Shown: positions 38,462 to 48,001 of the stretch, in pieces | How the letters are laid out: every line of letters starts with the position of its first letter | Position numbering within the stretch: the first letter of the stretch is position 1 | Source: a virus | Reading direction: 5' to 3' (one strand) | IMG/VR virus record: IMGVR_UViG_3300035183_000096 | Coordinates: 32,001-96,000 of that record | Length of the DNA: 64,000 nt | Notes under the pieces: generated by a model | Told to the model about the DNA's origin: nothing | What the model saw: the letters and a program-made list of their open reading frames with translations, nothing else | The model's database searches: none | Made by a program: the position numbers and the translations under genes

Positions 38462-41400
38462 CTATTTTCCTGTATTGTTAGGATAACTTATTCTAATTCC
38501 TTGAGCATCAAAGTCGTTCTTTAGACTACTTATAGCTTGATATACCGCCTCTTCAGCAACTTCCTTCATAACCGGTTGTAATCTTGTTAAGACTTCGGCG
38601 CCATTGAATAATACCTCCATCCTATGAGTAAATACACCCTCAATTTGTCTTGGGAAATTATTCATTGCTTGAGCCAATGTTTGCGTTCCTCCAATAAAAG
38701 AGTCAAATACAGACTTAAGTGTAGCTGTAGCTGTATTAAAACTATCTACTGCTGAACTTAATCCACCGCCTCCGTTTCCAGTTGGTATTGGTACGCTTCC
38801 ACCTTGAGCAAAGTAATTAACCTTATGTAAGTTAGCTGTACCTATTCTTGAAACAGCATTCTTGTTAAGAACATATTCACCGGCAGATAACAATGCTGGT
38901 ACTTTATCCCCTGCGCCATGTCCGGTAACAACACCACCACTAGCATATCTAGCAAACCTTTTTCTGTCATAATTGCGTACTACATCCAATGGACCCAGCT
39001 CTTGTTCTATAAGATGAGCATCAGGATTACCTTTTTCGTCAAATGTAGTTATGTAGGCTGTGGTTGGCTCATCAGGGCCAGATGAGTAATACGACGTTCT
39101 AAATCTCACGTTTTTGGAATCCGTCAACTTGGATAGGTTATTTCTAACTGTAGCAAGCTGTTGTTCCAATTTAGCGCCTGGTTTAGTTATGTTTTCGTTA
39201 TTACTCAAAGCAACCAATCTTCTTTCGTAATCCCTTAAATCTGCAATCTTCTTTTGAATATCCTCTTCAGGTAGAATACCAAGGAAGTCTCTAGCATCAT
39301 CATCAGTCAACATATATCTATGTTTATAAGGGTTTTGTAATTCTTGAAGTGTTAGGTATAGTTCTTTTTTATTAGCCAACTCTTTAAGTCTTTCGGATAC
39401 CATCTCACGGTCAGTTTTATTTAACTTAAAAAATTCATCTCTTAACTTATTTTCTTTTGCCTCAATAGCGGCTATCTTATCTTCGACTGTTTCAGGATAA
39501 GACTTTCTATGAATAAACAACACCTGTTGTCCTTTCTTATTTTCATCGCGAACCTCCTGTTGTCCTTTATTCTTTCTTCCCAAGCCAATCTCATCTACGA
39601 TGTCAGAGACAAATAACTCGTTGCCTGCCTCAACAAAGCCATAACTTGGGCTATTATAATTACGCTTACGCAATATAGCAAATCTTTGTTCTAATCTCTT
39701 AATAACCTTAAGTCTATCTTCATACTTCTTTATTTTTAAGAATTTTGAAAATTCACTATCTAGTTTATCACCAATTTGTTCATCAGTAGTTCCTAGGACT
39801 TCTAGCTTTCTATAGTTGCCTATCTTAGCTAATTGGTCCTTAAAGTATAACTCTGTTTCTAATAACCTAATCTCCTTAGCGCGTTCTATTTGTCCGCTTT
39901 TATCTGCTGGAGTATTACTAAACTTAAGAATTCTTTCTATTTTTGCTTGCCTCTCAGCTATATTCTCAAACTCATTACCCTTAGCCTGTCTGGATGACTT
40001 TACGAAAGCGTCAAATCCTGGTAAACCAGTGTTGCCAAGAATATTTTGCTCACCAAGAACAGCTTGCTTAAATCTAATATCTTGTTCGGCTGCTAGTCTA
40101 GCTTGTGGGCGTTTATAAGTAATTCTCTTTTTATTCAGCCTACGATTTAAGTAATCCTCTTCTTCCTTAAGTTTACGCCTTTTCTCCTGTAAATTTATAC
40201 TAATAATCATGCCAATTGATGTGTCAATAAGTCCGCCAGATGATGCATAAATAACATCCTGACCTGAGTTAATTTTGTTTAACAAACCTAAGTGTTTGGA
40301 TGCGGCTCTAGCATTAACAACATACTCACCTGGGGTTAGCATTGCTGGAACAGTATCGCTACCGTGTGGCTTAAATATAATTCCACCTGCGGCCTTCTTC
40401 TCTGGTTCTGGTGGTAACTTAGATATAGCACCGTTAATTACTTCAAGCGTTTTCTTCAAAGCCTGAAACTGTGTGTCCAAATCCTTTAGGCTCGAACCAA
40501 TCTTTCCAGCTTCATCAATAATCCTTGTTATTTTGGATGGGTCAGACTTAATCCTATTAAACAAATCATCCTGTCCAGCGCTTGTGAATCTCTGTTGTAT
40601 TTCTGTTTCTTGAGCCTCTATTTGCCTAGTGAGATTACTGGATTCAGCTTGGAATACTTCAGCAATAGACTCTCTAAATAGCTTTTGTAAATTATTAGGG
40701 TTGTTAAGCGATTCTCTAAACTTATCTCCACCTTGAACAAATCTTCTCTCAAATACCTCCAAAACCTTACCAGCGACTTCAGCCGGAATCCCAGCTTCAG
40801 TAAGTTGTTTCGTTAATAATGGTTTACGTGATTCGCTTATAACGACACGACCATCCTTATCGTTTATTTTACTGTAGATATAAGCAAGAAGTGGGTTCCT
40901 TGTTGCTAATGATAATTGACTTGCTACACCACCACCGCCACCATCATCAAATTTATAGTGCTCAATACCCCTACCTGCTCTATTGTATATGGGACCAAGT
41001 TTAGTAAGAATATTATCAATTTCCTTTTCATCAAATCTACTCTTACTCTCATTAAGCTCCTTTAGTTTAGTAAAAGAGGATTGATTAGCCCTTATCAAAT
41101 TTATCTGCTCATCGGTTGTTATACCAAATTTTTCACTAAGAATCTTCTTAGACGCTATACCACCATTTTCTATTTGAGAAATTGCTGCTTCAGTCTTTAT
41201 CTTTCTTTGCTGTAAATCAGCACGACGCACTTCGGTTTGGCTATTTTCTAATTTAGACAAAAATGATTTAAATTGTTCTTCAATATCTTTTATAAAATTA
41301 GTATTAGCCTGATTCAGATTATTAACCAATTCACGTTGGGCCTGAATTTGTAGCTTATTATTATCCTGAACAATCTGTTGTAGGGCTTCAATCTGAGCCT

Positions 41401-44400
41401 TTTGCTCTGGACTTATATCGGTTGTCTTACCGACATTCGTAGCACCAACTAATTGTTCTTCGACTTCACCAAGAGTTGCTCCACCGAATGCGGCAGAACG
41501 CACATTTCTAAACTGGCCCGTCAATTCAAAGATAGCCTTACGAATTTCCAAAGGTAGATTTTCTATACCTACTTGTCTTGCTGCTAGTAAGCCCTTAGCT
41601 CCCAAGTTTAATCTCTGTAGTTGTTCAGGGTCAGAAGTCAATAGAGTCTTAGCTAAACTACGACGCTCACCTCTTTCTTGCTCAATAGCGTTTAACTTCT
41701 CAGAAGCAATAGCAGCTTTATCAGCATTCTCCGCCAAGTTACGGAGAGCCTGTCTTGCGTTTGCGGCGGCGTTCTGGAATTGAATTAATTCAGCAGCAGC
41801 TTTAGCAGATGCCTCACTACCAACTGGGGCACTATCCCTTCTCTTTAGAGCTTCTTCGGCCTTTTTTTCATTATAAGCTATAACTTTACTTATGGCGACT
41901 GGGTCATTGGCCTCAGCACCCTTTAGACCAGTAAGCCTCTCCTGTCCAATTTGGAATGGCCGAGTAAGTTGATTTATAGTTAGAAAATCAGTAACACTAC
42001 CTTGACGGCCTTCTGCTCTAGCCTGGAATAATGCGTTGGTTTTAGCAAGAGAAAGTTCAAGGTTGTCAATCTTACCTCTTTCGCTGTTGACAAGGTTGCC
42101 TTGCTTAGCTCCCTGAGCAAGACCCGCATTTAGTCTTCCCGCTTGGTCATACAAAGCTCTTCCCATTTCAGCTAAGGCCTTCTTAAACGGGTTGAAATCA
42201 CCAAGAAGTTCTTCGGTTATTTTTTCTGGAGATTCCCTAAGTTTTTCAGCTATATCCTCTGGTTTTGACCCTTCCGCTTTGGATACGATACTATCTGTTA
42301 TTTCTTTAGGTATATTATTAGCATCAAGTTGTTCGCGAAGTTCAATGCCTAGATTTTTTTTACCAAACGCGCTTGATTTAAGAACTGTTGATAGTATTGA
42401 TGGTAGTATTCTTTCGGCTTTATTTAGACCATTAGCGAGTACACCTAATTGATTGTTAGGCACTTGAGCAGTTATGTCTAATATACTTTGATTGAAAGCG
42501 TCCTGATTAGGAGCGCCAAATTGTCTAATACCTTCCTCTGTGTTTCTAAAAGCTATAGGTGTAAAACCACTGTCGAACTTATCAGTCACTAATGTAATCG
42601 AACGTCCAAGGTCTGTAACGCTTTGTGACGCCGTGCTGAAAGCCTGAGCCAATCTATTTATGCTTGACAATACATTATTTACTTCGATAGCAGCATCCTT
42701 TCTTCCTCGTTCAATAGATAATGCCTTTGCTTGCTCCCTAAAAGACTTAACAAAGTCATTCAAAACCTTATCAACTGGCACATTCTTTACTAAGGATATA
42801 GAGCTGAGAATGTCTCTATTGTTTATAGCAAAGTTCTTCTTGAAGTTTTCTACTTCCGCATTAAGTTCTTGTTCATTTAATGTTCTAGTAGTTATCTGTT
42901 TAGCGAAGTTAGCTATTTCCTTATTCATCGCTTCAGCAAGAGCAGGTAATTGCAAACCTAATTGTTGTTTTATGTTAGATAGAGTAGTATCTGCTATTTC
43001 TTGATTCTTGGGTCTAAAGTCGTATTCAGTGGCGCTTAAATCACCAAAAGTATTACCACTTATTAAACCAAGGAATCTACTACCAAAAGCCTTAACTCTA
43101 TTAAATCCCTCATCAACGAATGTTTGTTCAAATTGCTTACTAGTTTTATTAATAGAAGCATCAACTACTTGTCTTGTTATAGAATTAATAGATGCAATAT
43201 TTCCACCCTTACCAGAGTTGAACTCTTCTAACTGTTGTTGAAATTTAGTAAATGTCTTTTCAAGCTCAACTTCAGCTAACTTTTGATTAGTTTCCTTAAC
43301 AGCCTGAGCAAAACCCAATGCGGCACCAGCGGCAGCACCAAAGGCTACACCAATCGGTCCAAACGCAACACCAATACCGGCACCTATACCAGCACCAGAA
43401 AGTGCACCACCAATCCTTTCTTCTCTAACAGCTTGATTTCTTAATGCTTCATTTGGGGCTGTTTCAATAGACAAACCTTTTGTTCTACCAAATTGTTCAA
43501 ACAATACAGACGCGGCGGCTATACCTGTTACACCAGCTACACTGGCTGTTTTACTAAGTTGAGCAAATTTTTGTTTCTTAGCTTCCTTTTCATACTTTTT
43601 AGCATCCGGCAATGTTGTTCTTGCTTCCTTTAATCTTTGTGCTTCTTCTTGGGCTTTATTTCTACTCCTCTCTATAATATCACGTTGTCTTTGAACATCA
43701 GGTTGACTTTCAAAACTCTTTCTGGCCGATTCTGCCTCACGTTCTATTTTCTGAAAACTAGGTAGGCCAAGTGTAGCCTGTCTTTTGTTGAAAGCTCTTA
43801 ATGCCTTCTGTCTATCTACTTCATTGATACCACCCTCTAAAGTGGCTATCTCATCCGGAGTAGCAGAAGCAGCTCTAGCTTTAGCGGCTGTAAGACCTAA
43901 ACCTTCTTGCCTTCTAATGGTTGTTATAAGAGTCCTATCCTTCAATTCAGACTTAGCCGTATCTAAAGCAACACCAGCATTAACCAGTCTAGTGTCAGAA
44001 ACCTCACGGCTCGCTATATCACGCTCTGCTCTTTTACGTGAGGAGGCAGTATCTTTAAGACCCCTAACAGCACTTCTTTCTTGACGTTCAATCTGATATA
44101 CACGTTTACTTGCCTCATTCAGTGCTTTGAATGCGTTAGTGGTTTCCTTTATACTAGAAACCAAATTAACCATGGTTCCAGCAAGTACGGTTATAACAGC
44201 AAAGCCCTCTATACCAGAACTAGCCGGAATAGGAGTGCCGCCAGTCTGAAAGCGTTGAACTACACCACCAGTATGATAACGAGGTAATTCACCAGTCTGA
44301 TTCATCTTGTCTAAGTTTTGCTTACCAAGACGAGCCGCACTTTGCTTAGAAAGAACGTACTCACCAGGAGTAAGTAAGGCCGGAACCTCACCACCACTAG

Positions 44401-46558
44401 CTCTTGATATAGCTCCATATTTTTTATCAATCTCCTTTGGTGGCTTTTGACGAGGCTCGTCAGTCTCTTCTTCTTCGACACCATACCGTCTAATAGCTTT
44501 GGACAAAACTTTAATTCTAGCTTCCTCGTTATCCGTTAATTTGGCGTCACCATTACTACCCAATGTTCCTGGGAAAATTTTATCAATAGACTTAGGAACT
44601 TTAGGAAAATCAAAGTCTTGATTAGAACTAACAATCTTAGTATTTGCTATAGCTTGTAGTGCTGCTTCAAAGATTCTACCTTGACCTTGAGGATTTACAA
44701 CCTTATCAACTAAATCATCATCTATTTTCTCAACATTTCCACCAAAAACATCATTAGCTATTTGACTTACAGCAGTTTTTACACTGGACCTAAACTTAAT
44801 ACCCAACTCATTCTCAGCCTTAACAGATGGTCCAACTGTACGCATAGTAGCCGTTGCTTTTCTTGCTTTACCAATTTTCTCGCGTGCCTCTTCTGTTAGT
44901 TTTCCTCTAGGAGCAACAATAGTGGCAAACTCTGAACTACCCTTCTTATTAGGATTTAAGTATAGTAATGATAATCCTCTACCTCCGTCTTTAGCCCTAA
45001 CAACTCCACCCTGACCATACTTATTTATGCGCTCTAGCGTACCATAACCTATAGCTTGAGCAGACTGCTTGCGAATGACATATTCACCTGGAGTTAGGTA
45101 AGCTGGAACCGTATCTCCGTCACCAGTTCCAGGTACTATACCACCACCAGCCCTATTAATTGGTCTTCCCAACGTATCAGAACGCCCTAAAAAACCTGAA
45201 CCAACACTATTAAAAAACGCTCCTAGAGAAGAGCTTAACTTAACAGCGGCTAAAGCTGTAAGCAAAGGAACAAGTGGTTTAATGGCCTCAATTAAGGTTA
45301 GAGCATTTTTGGTTGCTGTGGCTAAGAAAGTAACTAGATAGTTAAAGCCTTGAGATTGTACAATAGACCTACCTAGAGCTAAGATTTCTTCCTTAACTTT
45401 AGTAAGTTGAACTATGTAAGCCTCTTGCGCTTGTTTAGCATTAACAGTGAGGGAAATACCGCCGGATTGAGCTACGTTAAGAGCTTTCTGAGCAGTTTCA
45501 AACTCTTGAATAAGTGGCACTACCTTTGAGATTTGACGTATGCCACCAATCTCTTCAACAATGGAAGCGAATCTTGTATCTGTTGTTGGTAGATTCTTAA
45601 GAGCTATACTTAATCTACGAATAGCTTCATATGGACCTACGAACTTACCTTCTAGGTTAGCATCACCAAGAGAAACAGCTTCTTCTTTCGTTCTTCTAAG
45701 TTGAATGCCGAGCGCCTCAAGCTCTTTAATTGTTTCTGGGCGTTGAATACGAGCAAAGATTGTGCGAAAAGCCGTAGCGATACTTTCAGCGCTTTCGCGG
45801 GTTGTAGCACGAACGCTTGTAAATAGAGCTATTAACTCATTTAAGTCACCACCAGCTACTTTGAAAGCTCCACCAGTACGCTTAATAGCATCAATCAAGT
45901 CCCTAGACTCAACGGCGAATGCACCAGCAACAGCGTTAATAGAACCTAACTGTTCTTCCAAATCGTTGGCTCCTGTCTTGAATTGTTGCATTATAGCAAC
46001 AACACCTTCGGTGGTTGACTTCAAATCATCGAAGTTAGGAGCTAGAGCGGCCTTAGCTAATGCCTCAAGAGAGGTTTGCACATCTTGTGTTGCTAAACCA
46101 GCTTGTTTGAGGACTACGGCAGCGGCCAATAACTCTTTGGAACTCACACCAAGAGTTTTAGATAATCCAGTGATTTCCTTTTCTAGTTGTGAAATCGTAC
46201 CGTAAGTGTCTCCGCTAACCTGAGCGAGTCTAACTAATTCGCGCTGGAATTTAACAGCCTCACCAATGGCTTCTTTTAGAGTACCAACAAATGTAATAAA
46301 GCCACCAGCAGCAATAGTATAAGCTAAAAATCTCTTAGCTGCTATACCAGTCTGCTCACCAAGTTTATATATGGAATCAGTAACCTTATCAGCCCCATCC
46401 TTAATCGCTCTTAAAGATGTGGTAGCGGCAGCAATGTTAGGAGCATCAACTTTGATATTTGCGTTTAAGCCTTGAAGTTGAGACTTCATTTGAGCCAAAA
46501 CGGTACCAAGGTTTTGCGGACTGCGTACTATTAAATTAACATAAGCATTCATTGCCAC
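38462..46558 (-). CDS. Tape measure protein (~2700 aa) with repeated AxGG/VPAxLxxGEYV modules
   Basis: N-terminal TP901-type TMP core (ESAESIATAFRTIFARI), glycine-zipper TM segments, long helical regions; probable start GTG 46558 after GAGG. Confidence 0.92.
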   Translation of the reverse strand: MAMNAYVNLIVRSPQNLGTVLAQMKSQLQGLNANIKVDAPNIAAATTSLRAIKDGADKVTDSIYKLGEQTGIAAKRFLAYTIAAGGFITFVGTLKEAIGEAVKFQRELVRLAQVSGDTYGTISQLEKEITGLSKTLGVSSKELLAAAVVLKQAGLATQDVQTSLEALAKAALAPNFDDLKSTTEGVVAIMQQFKTGANDLEEQLGSINAVAGAFAVESRDLIDAIKRTGGAFKVAGGDLNELIALFTSVRATTRESAESIATAFRTIFARIQRPETIKELEALGIQLRRTKEEAVSLGDANLEGKFVGPYEAIRRLSIALKNLPTTDTRFASIVEEIGGIRQISKVVPLIQEFETAQKALNVAQSGGISLTVNAKQAQEAYIVQLTKVKEEILALGRSIVQSQGFNYLVTFLATATKNALTLIEAIKPLVPLLTALAAVKLSSSLGAFFNSVGSGFLGRSDTLGRPINRAGGGIVPGTGDGDTVPAYLTPGEYVIRKQSAQAIGYGTLERINKYGQGGVVRAKDGGRGLSLLYLNPNKKGSSEFATIVAPRGKLTEEAREKIGKARKATATMRTVGPSVKAENELGIKFRSSVKTAVSQIANDVFGGNVEKIDDDLVDKVVNPQGQGRIFEAALQAIANTKIVSSNQDFDFPKVPKSIDKIFPGTLGSNGDAKLTDNEEARIKVLSKAIRRYGVEEEETDEPRQKPPKEIDKKYGAISRASGGEVPALLTPGEYVLSKQSAARLGKQNLDKMNQTGELPRYHTGGVVQRFQTGGTPIPASSGIEGFAVITVLAGTMVNLVSSIKETTNAFKALNEASKRVYQIERQERSAVRGLKDTASSRKRAERDIASREVSDTRLVNAGVALDTAKSELKDRTLITTIRRQEGLGLTAAKARAASATPDEIATLEGGINEVDRQKALRAFNKRQATLGLPSFQKIEREAESARKSFESQPDVQRQRDIIERSRNKAQEEAQRLKEARTTLPDAKKYEKEAKKQKFAQLSKTASVAGVTGIAAASVLFEQFGRTKGLSIETAPNEALRNQAVREERIGGALSGAGIGAGIGVAFGPIGVAFGAAAGAALGFAQAVKETNQKLAEVELEKTFTKFQQQLEEFNSGKGGNIASINSITRQVVDASINKTSKQFEQTFVDEGFNRVKAFGSRFLGLISGNTFGDLSATEYDFRPKNQEIADTTLSNIKQQLGLQLPALAEAMNKEIANFAKQITTRTLNEQELNAEVENFKKNFAINNRDILSSISLVKNVPVDKVLNDFVKSFREQAKALSIERGRKDAAIEVNNVLSSINRLAQAFSTASQSVTDLGRSITLVTDKFDSGFTPIAFRNTEEGIRQFGAPNQDAFNQSILDITAQVPNNQLGVLANGLNKAERILPSILSTVLKSSAFGKKNLGIELREQLDANNIPKEITDSIVSKAEGSKPEDIAEKLRESPEKITEELLGDFNPFKKALAEMGRALYDQAGRLNAGLAQGAKQGNLVNSERGKIDNLELSLAKTNALFQARAEGRQGSVTDFLTINQLTRPFQIGQERLTGLKGAEANDPVAISKVIAYNEKKAEEALKRRDSAPVGSEASAKAAAELIQFQNAAANARQALRNLAENADKAAIASEKLNAIEQERGERRSLAKTLLTSDPEQLQRLNLGAKGLLAARQVGIENLPLEIRKAIFELTGQFRNVRSAAFGGATLGEVEEQLVGATNVGKTTDISPEQKAQIEALQQIVQDNNKLQIQAQRELVNNLNQANTNFIKDIEEQFKSFLSKLENSQTEVRRADLQQRKIKTEAAISQIENGGIASKKILSEKFGITTDEQINLIRANQSSFTKLKELNESKSRFDEKEIDNILTKLGPIYNRAGRGIEHYKFDDGGGGGVASQLSLATRNPLLAYIYSKINDKDGRVVISESRKPLLTKQLTEAGIPAEVAGKVLEVFERRFVQGGDKFRESLNNPNNLQKLFRESIAEVFQAESSNLTRQIEAQETEIQQRFTSAGQDDLFNRIKSDPSKITRIIDEAGKIGSSLKDLDTQFQALKKTLEVINGAISKLPPEPEKKAAGGIIFKPHGSDTVPAMLTPGEYVVNARAASKHLGLLNKINSGQDVIYASSGGLIDTSIGMIISINLQEKRRKLKEEEDYLNRRLNKKRITYKRPQARLAAEQDIRFKQAVLGEQNILGNTGLPGFDAFVKSSRQAKGNEFENIAERQAKIERILKFSNTPADKSGQIERAKEIRLLETELYFKDQLAKIGNYRKLEVLGTTDEQIGDKLDSEFSKFLKIKKYEDRLKVIKRLEQRFAILRKRNYNSPSYGFVEAGNELFVSDIVDEIGLGRKNKGQQEVRDENKKGQQVLFIHRKSYPETVEDKIAAIEAKENKLRDEFFKLNKTDREMVSERLKELANKKELYLTLQELQNPYKHRYMLTDDDARDFLGILPEEDIQKKIADLRDYERRLVALSNNENITKPGAKLEQQLATVRNNLSKLTDSKNVRFRTSYYSSGPDEPTTAYITTFDEKGNPDAHLIEQELGPLDVVRNYDRKRFARYASGGVVTGHGAGDKVPALLSAGEYVLNKNAVSRIGTANLHKVNYFAQGGSVPIPTGNGGGGLSSAVDSFNTATATLKSVFDSFIGGTQTLAQAMNNFPRQIEGVFTHRMEVLFNGAEVLTRLQPVMKEVAEEAVYQAISSLKNDFDAQGIRISYPNNTGK

Positions 46559-46571
46559 ATTAAACCTCACT

Positions 46572-46624
46572 AAAAGCAAAAAGCCGCAGCGTACCAAGCG
46601 TGAGTTCTTGGCGTACTACGACTT
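46572..46624 (-). terminator. Imperfect hairpin + U-tract immediately upstream of the TMP RBS
   Basis: Minus strand AAGTCGTAGTACGCCAAG-loop-CTTGGTACGCTGCGGCTT TTTGCTTTT. Confidence 0.55.
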
Positions 46625-46645
46625 AATGCTATCCTAATAGAAGGG

Positions 46646-47623
46646 TTATTCCTTCTTGTTTTCTATCTTAGTCGTCTCTTCTTTAGCCTGCCTTAACTTA
46701 GCCTTTCTTTCTTCCCATTCAATCTTCTTTTTTCTAAACTCTTCTAACTCAGCTTTATACTCATCATCCAGTATGGGCTTACCTTGCTCATCTACAAATG
46801 GTTGTGGTTCCACTAAGTATTCGCCTTCATCCGTAAAAGCATTACCATTTATGTCTATCAAATCACCTTCATCATTTACCGGGCGACCAAACTCATCAAT
46901 TAGTTGCCCTTTACGATTGATTCGTTTGCCCTCTTTATTGATTAAGTTTAACTCATTATCCATAAATCCATACTTAATCAACCATGCGTTTTCGGGTAAG
47001 TCTTTCAGAGAATCACGACGATTACCAAAAAATAGCTCATAGAAAGCTGATGTAGCCTGTTCTATAACTGGATACTCTTTATCATCATCGGAGCGTTTGT
47101 ACTGAGCTTTATCGGAGAAATCTTCATAGGAAGAAAAAACTCTTTTATTAGTATCTTCATACACCGTACAGGCGTAGATTAAATAGTTAATACGGGCACT
47201 ACTTGCGCGTCCTTCCGCGGAGTTCATTTCAAGAGATGTGCGAAGGGATGTCATCTCAAATAATTCATTCCTAAGTTCCTGCATTTCAATAGCAAGACCA
47301 TAGTATGTATTTTTATCAAACACGCCATGACTTCCCTTTTGCATAGGCTCTGTGCGCCTCTTTAACTTTAACTCACTATCAAATAACTTCCTTTTAAGTT
47401 CCGCAAACCTCTTATCCATTTCCTCAGTCCAAACATTCTGTTCCCTGAGTGACTTTTCCAGTTTAGCGGCTAACGGAATACCCATATCAAGACATTCATT
47501 ATAAGTTTTTGCGTGTACTCTATCACCTTCTTTCAATTCTTCAGCGGTAGGTAATCTAACAACTATCTGCTTATCATTTAGTTTGGCCTTAATCGGTACA
47601 CTTGGTCCTTTAATCTTAGACAT
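46646..47623 (-). CDS. Tail assembly chaperone-like protein (paralog B)
   Basis: Directly before TMP; N-terminal VRLPT.EE; homologous to 48002-49075. Confidence 0.6.
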   Translation of the reverse strand: MSKIKGPSVPIKAKLNDKQIVVRLPTAEELKEGDRVHAKTYNECLDMGIPLAAKLEKSLREQNVWTEEMDKRFAELKRKLFDSELKLKRRTEPMQKGSHGVFDKNTYYGLAIEMQELRNELFEMTSLRTSLEMNSAEGRASSARINYLIYACTVYEDTNKRVFSSYEDFSDKAQYKRSDDDKEYPVIEQATSAFYELFFGNRRDSLKDLPENAWLIKYGFMDNELNLINKEGKRINRKGQLIDEFGRPVNDEGDLIDINGNAFTDEGEYLVEPQPFVDEQGKPILDDEYKAELEEFRKKKIEWEERKAKLRQAKEETTKIENKKE

Positions 47624-47625
47624 TC

Positions 47626-48000
47626 CTAGTTACTCCTGTTGCTCTTAATCGGTAAAATATAATTGTACCTCTTCCATGTAATAATATATTCATTGATTTC
47701 ATTTTGAAAAGCTCTTATTTGGTTATTACCAAGATTGAGCATATTTTTACGCGCTATCTGAAATAGCTCATACCATCGTTTTTCTTCCTCAGTTCTTTCC
47801 TCTGGTTTCTTATTTCTTCCCCATAACTCACCAAAGGCTTCTTCCATTTCTGCCACACATCCAACCATACTTGTCTTAATTTTCTTGACACCTATGTTAG
47901 ATAAACGTTGCGCAGACCTTTGATTATAGTTATTATCTGAGGAAACTTTCTCTCTTTCCTTGGCCGCTTTTAATAATTGTAGTGATAAATCGTTTCCCAT
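47626..48000 (-). CDS. Hypothetical protein
   Basis: ATG one base after the upstream TAG; helical. Confidence 0.65.
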   Translation of the reverse strand: MGNDLSLQLLKAAKEREKVSSDNNYNQRSAQRLSNIGVKKIKTSMVGCVAEMEEAFGELWGRNKKPEERTEEEKRWYELFQIARKNMLNLGNNQIRAFQNEINEYIITWKRYNYILPIKSNRSN

Positions 48001-48001
48001 A

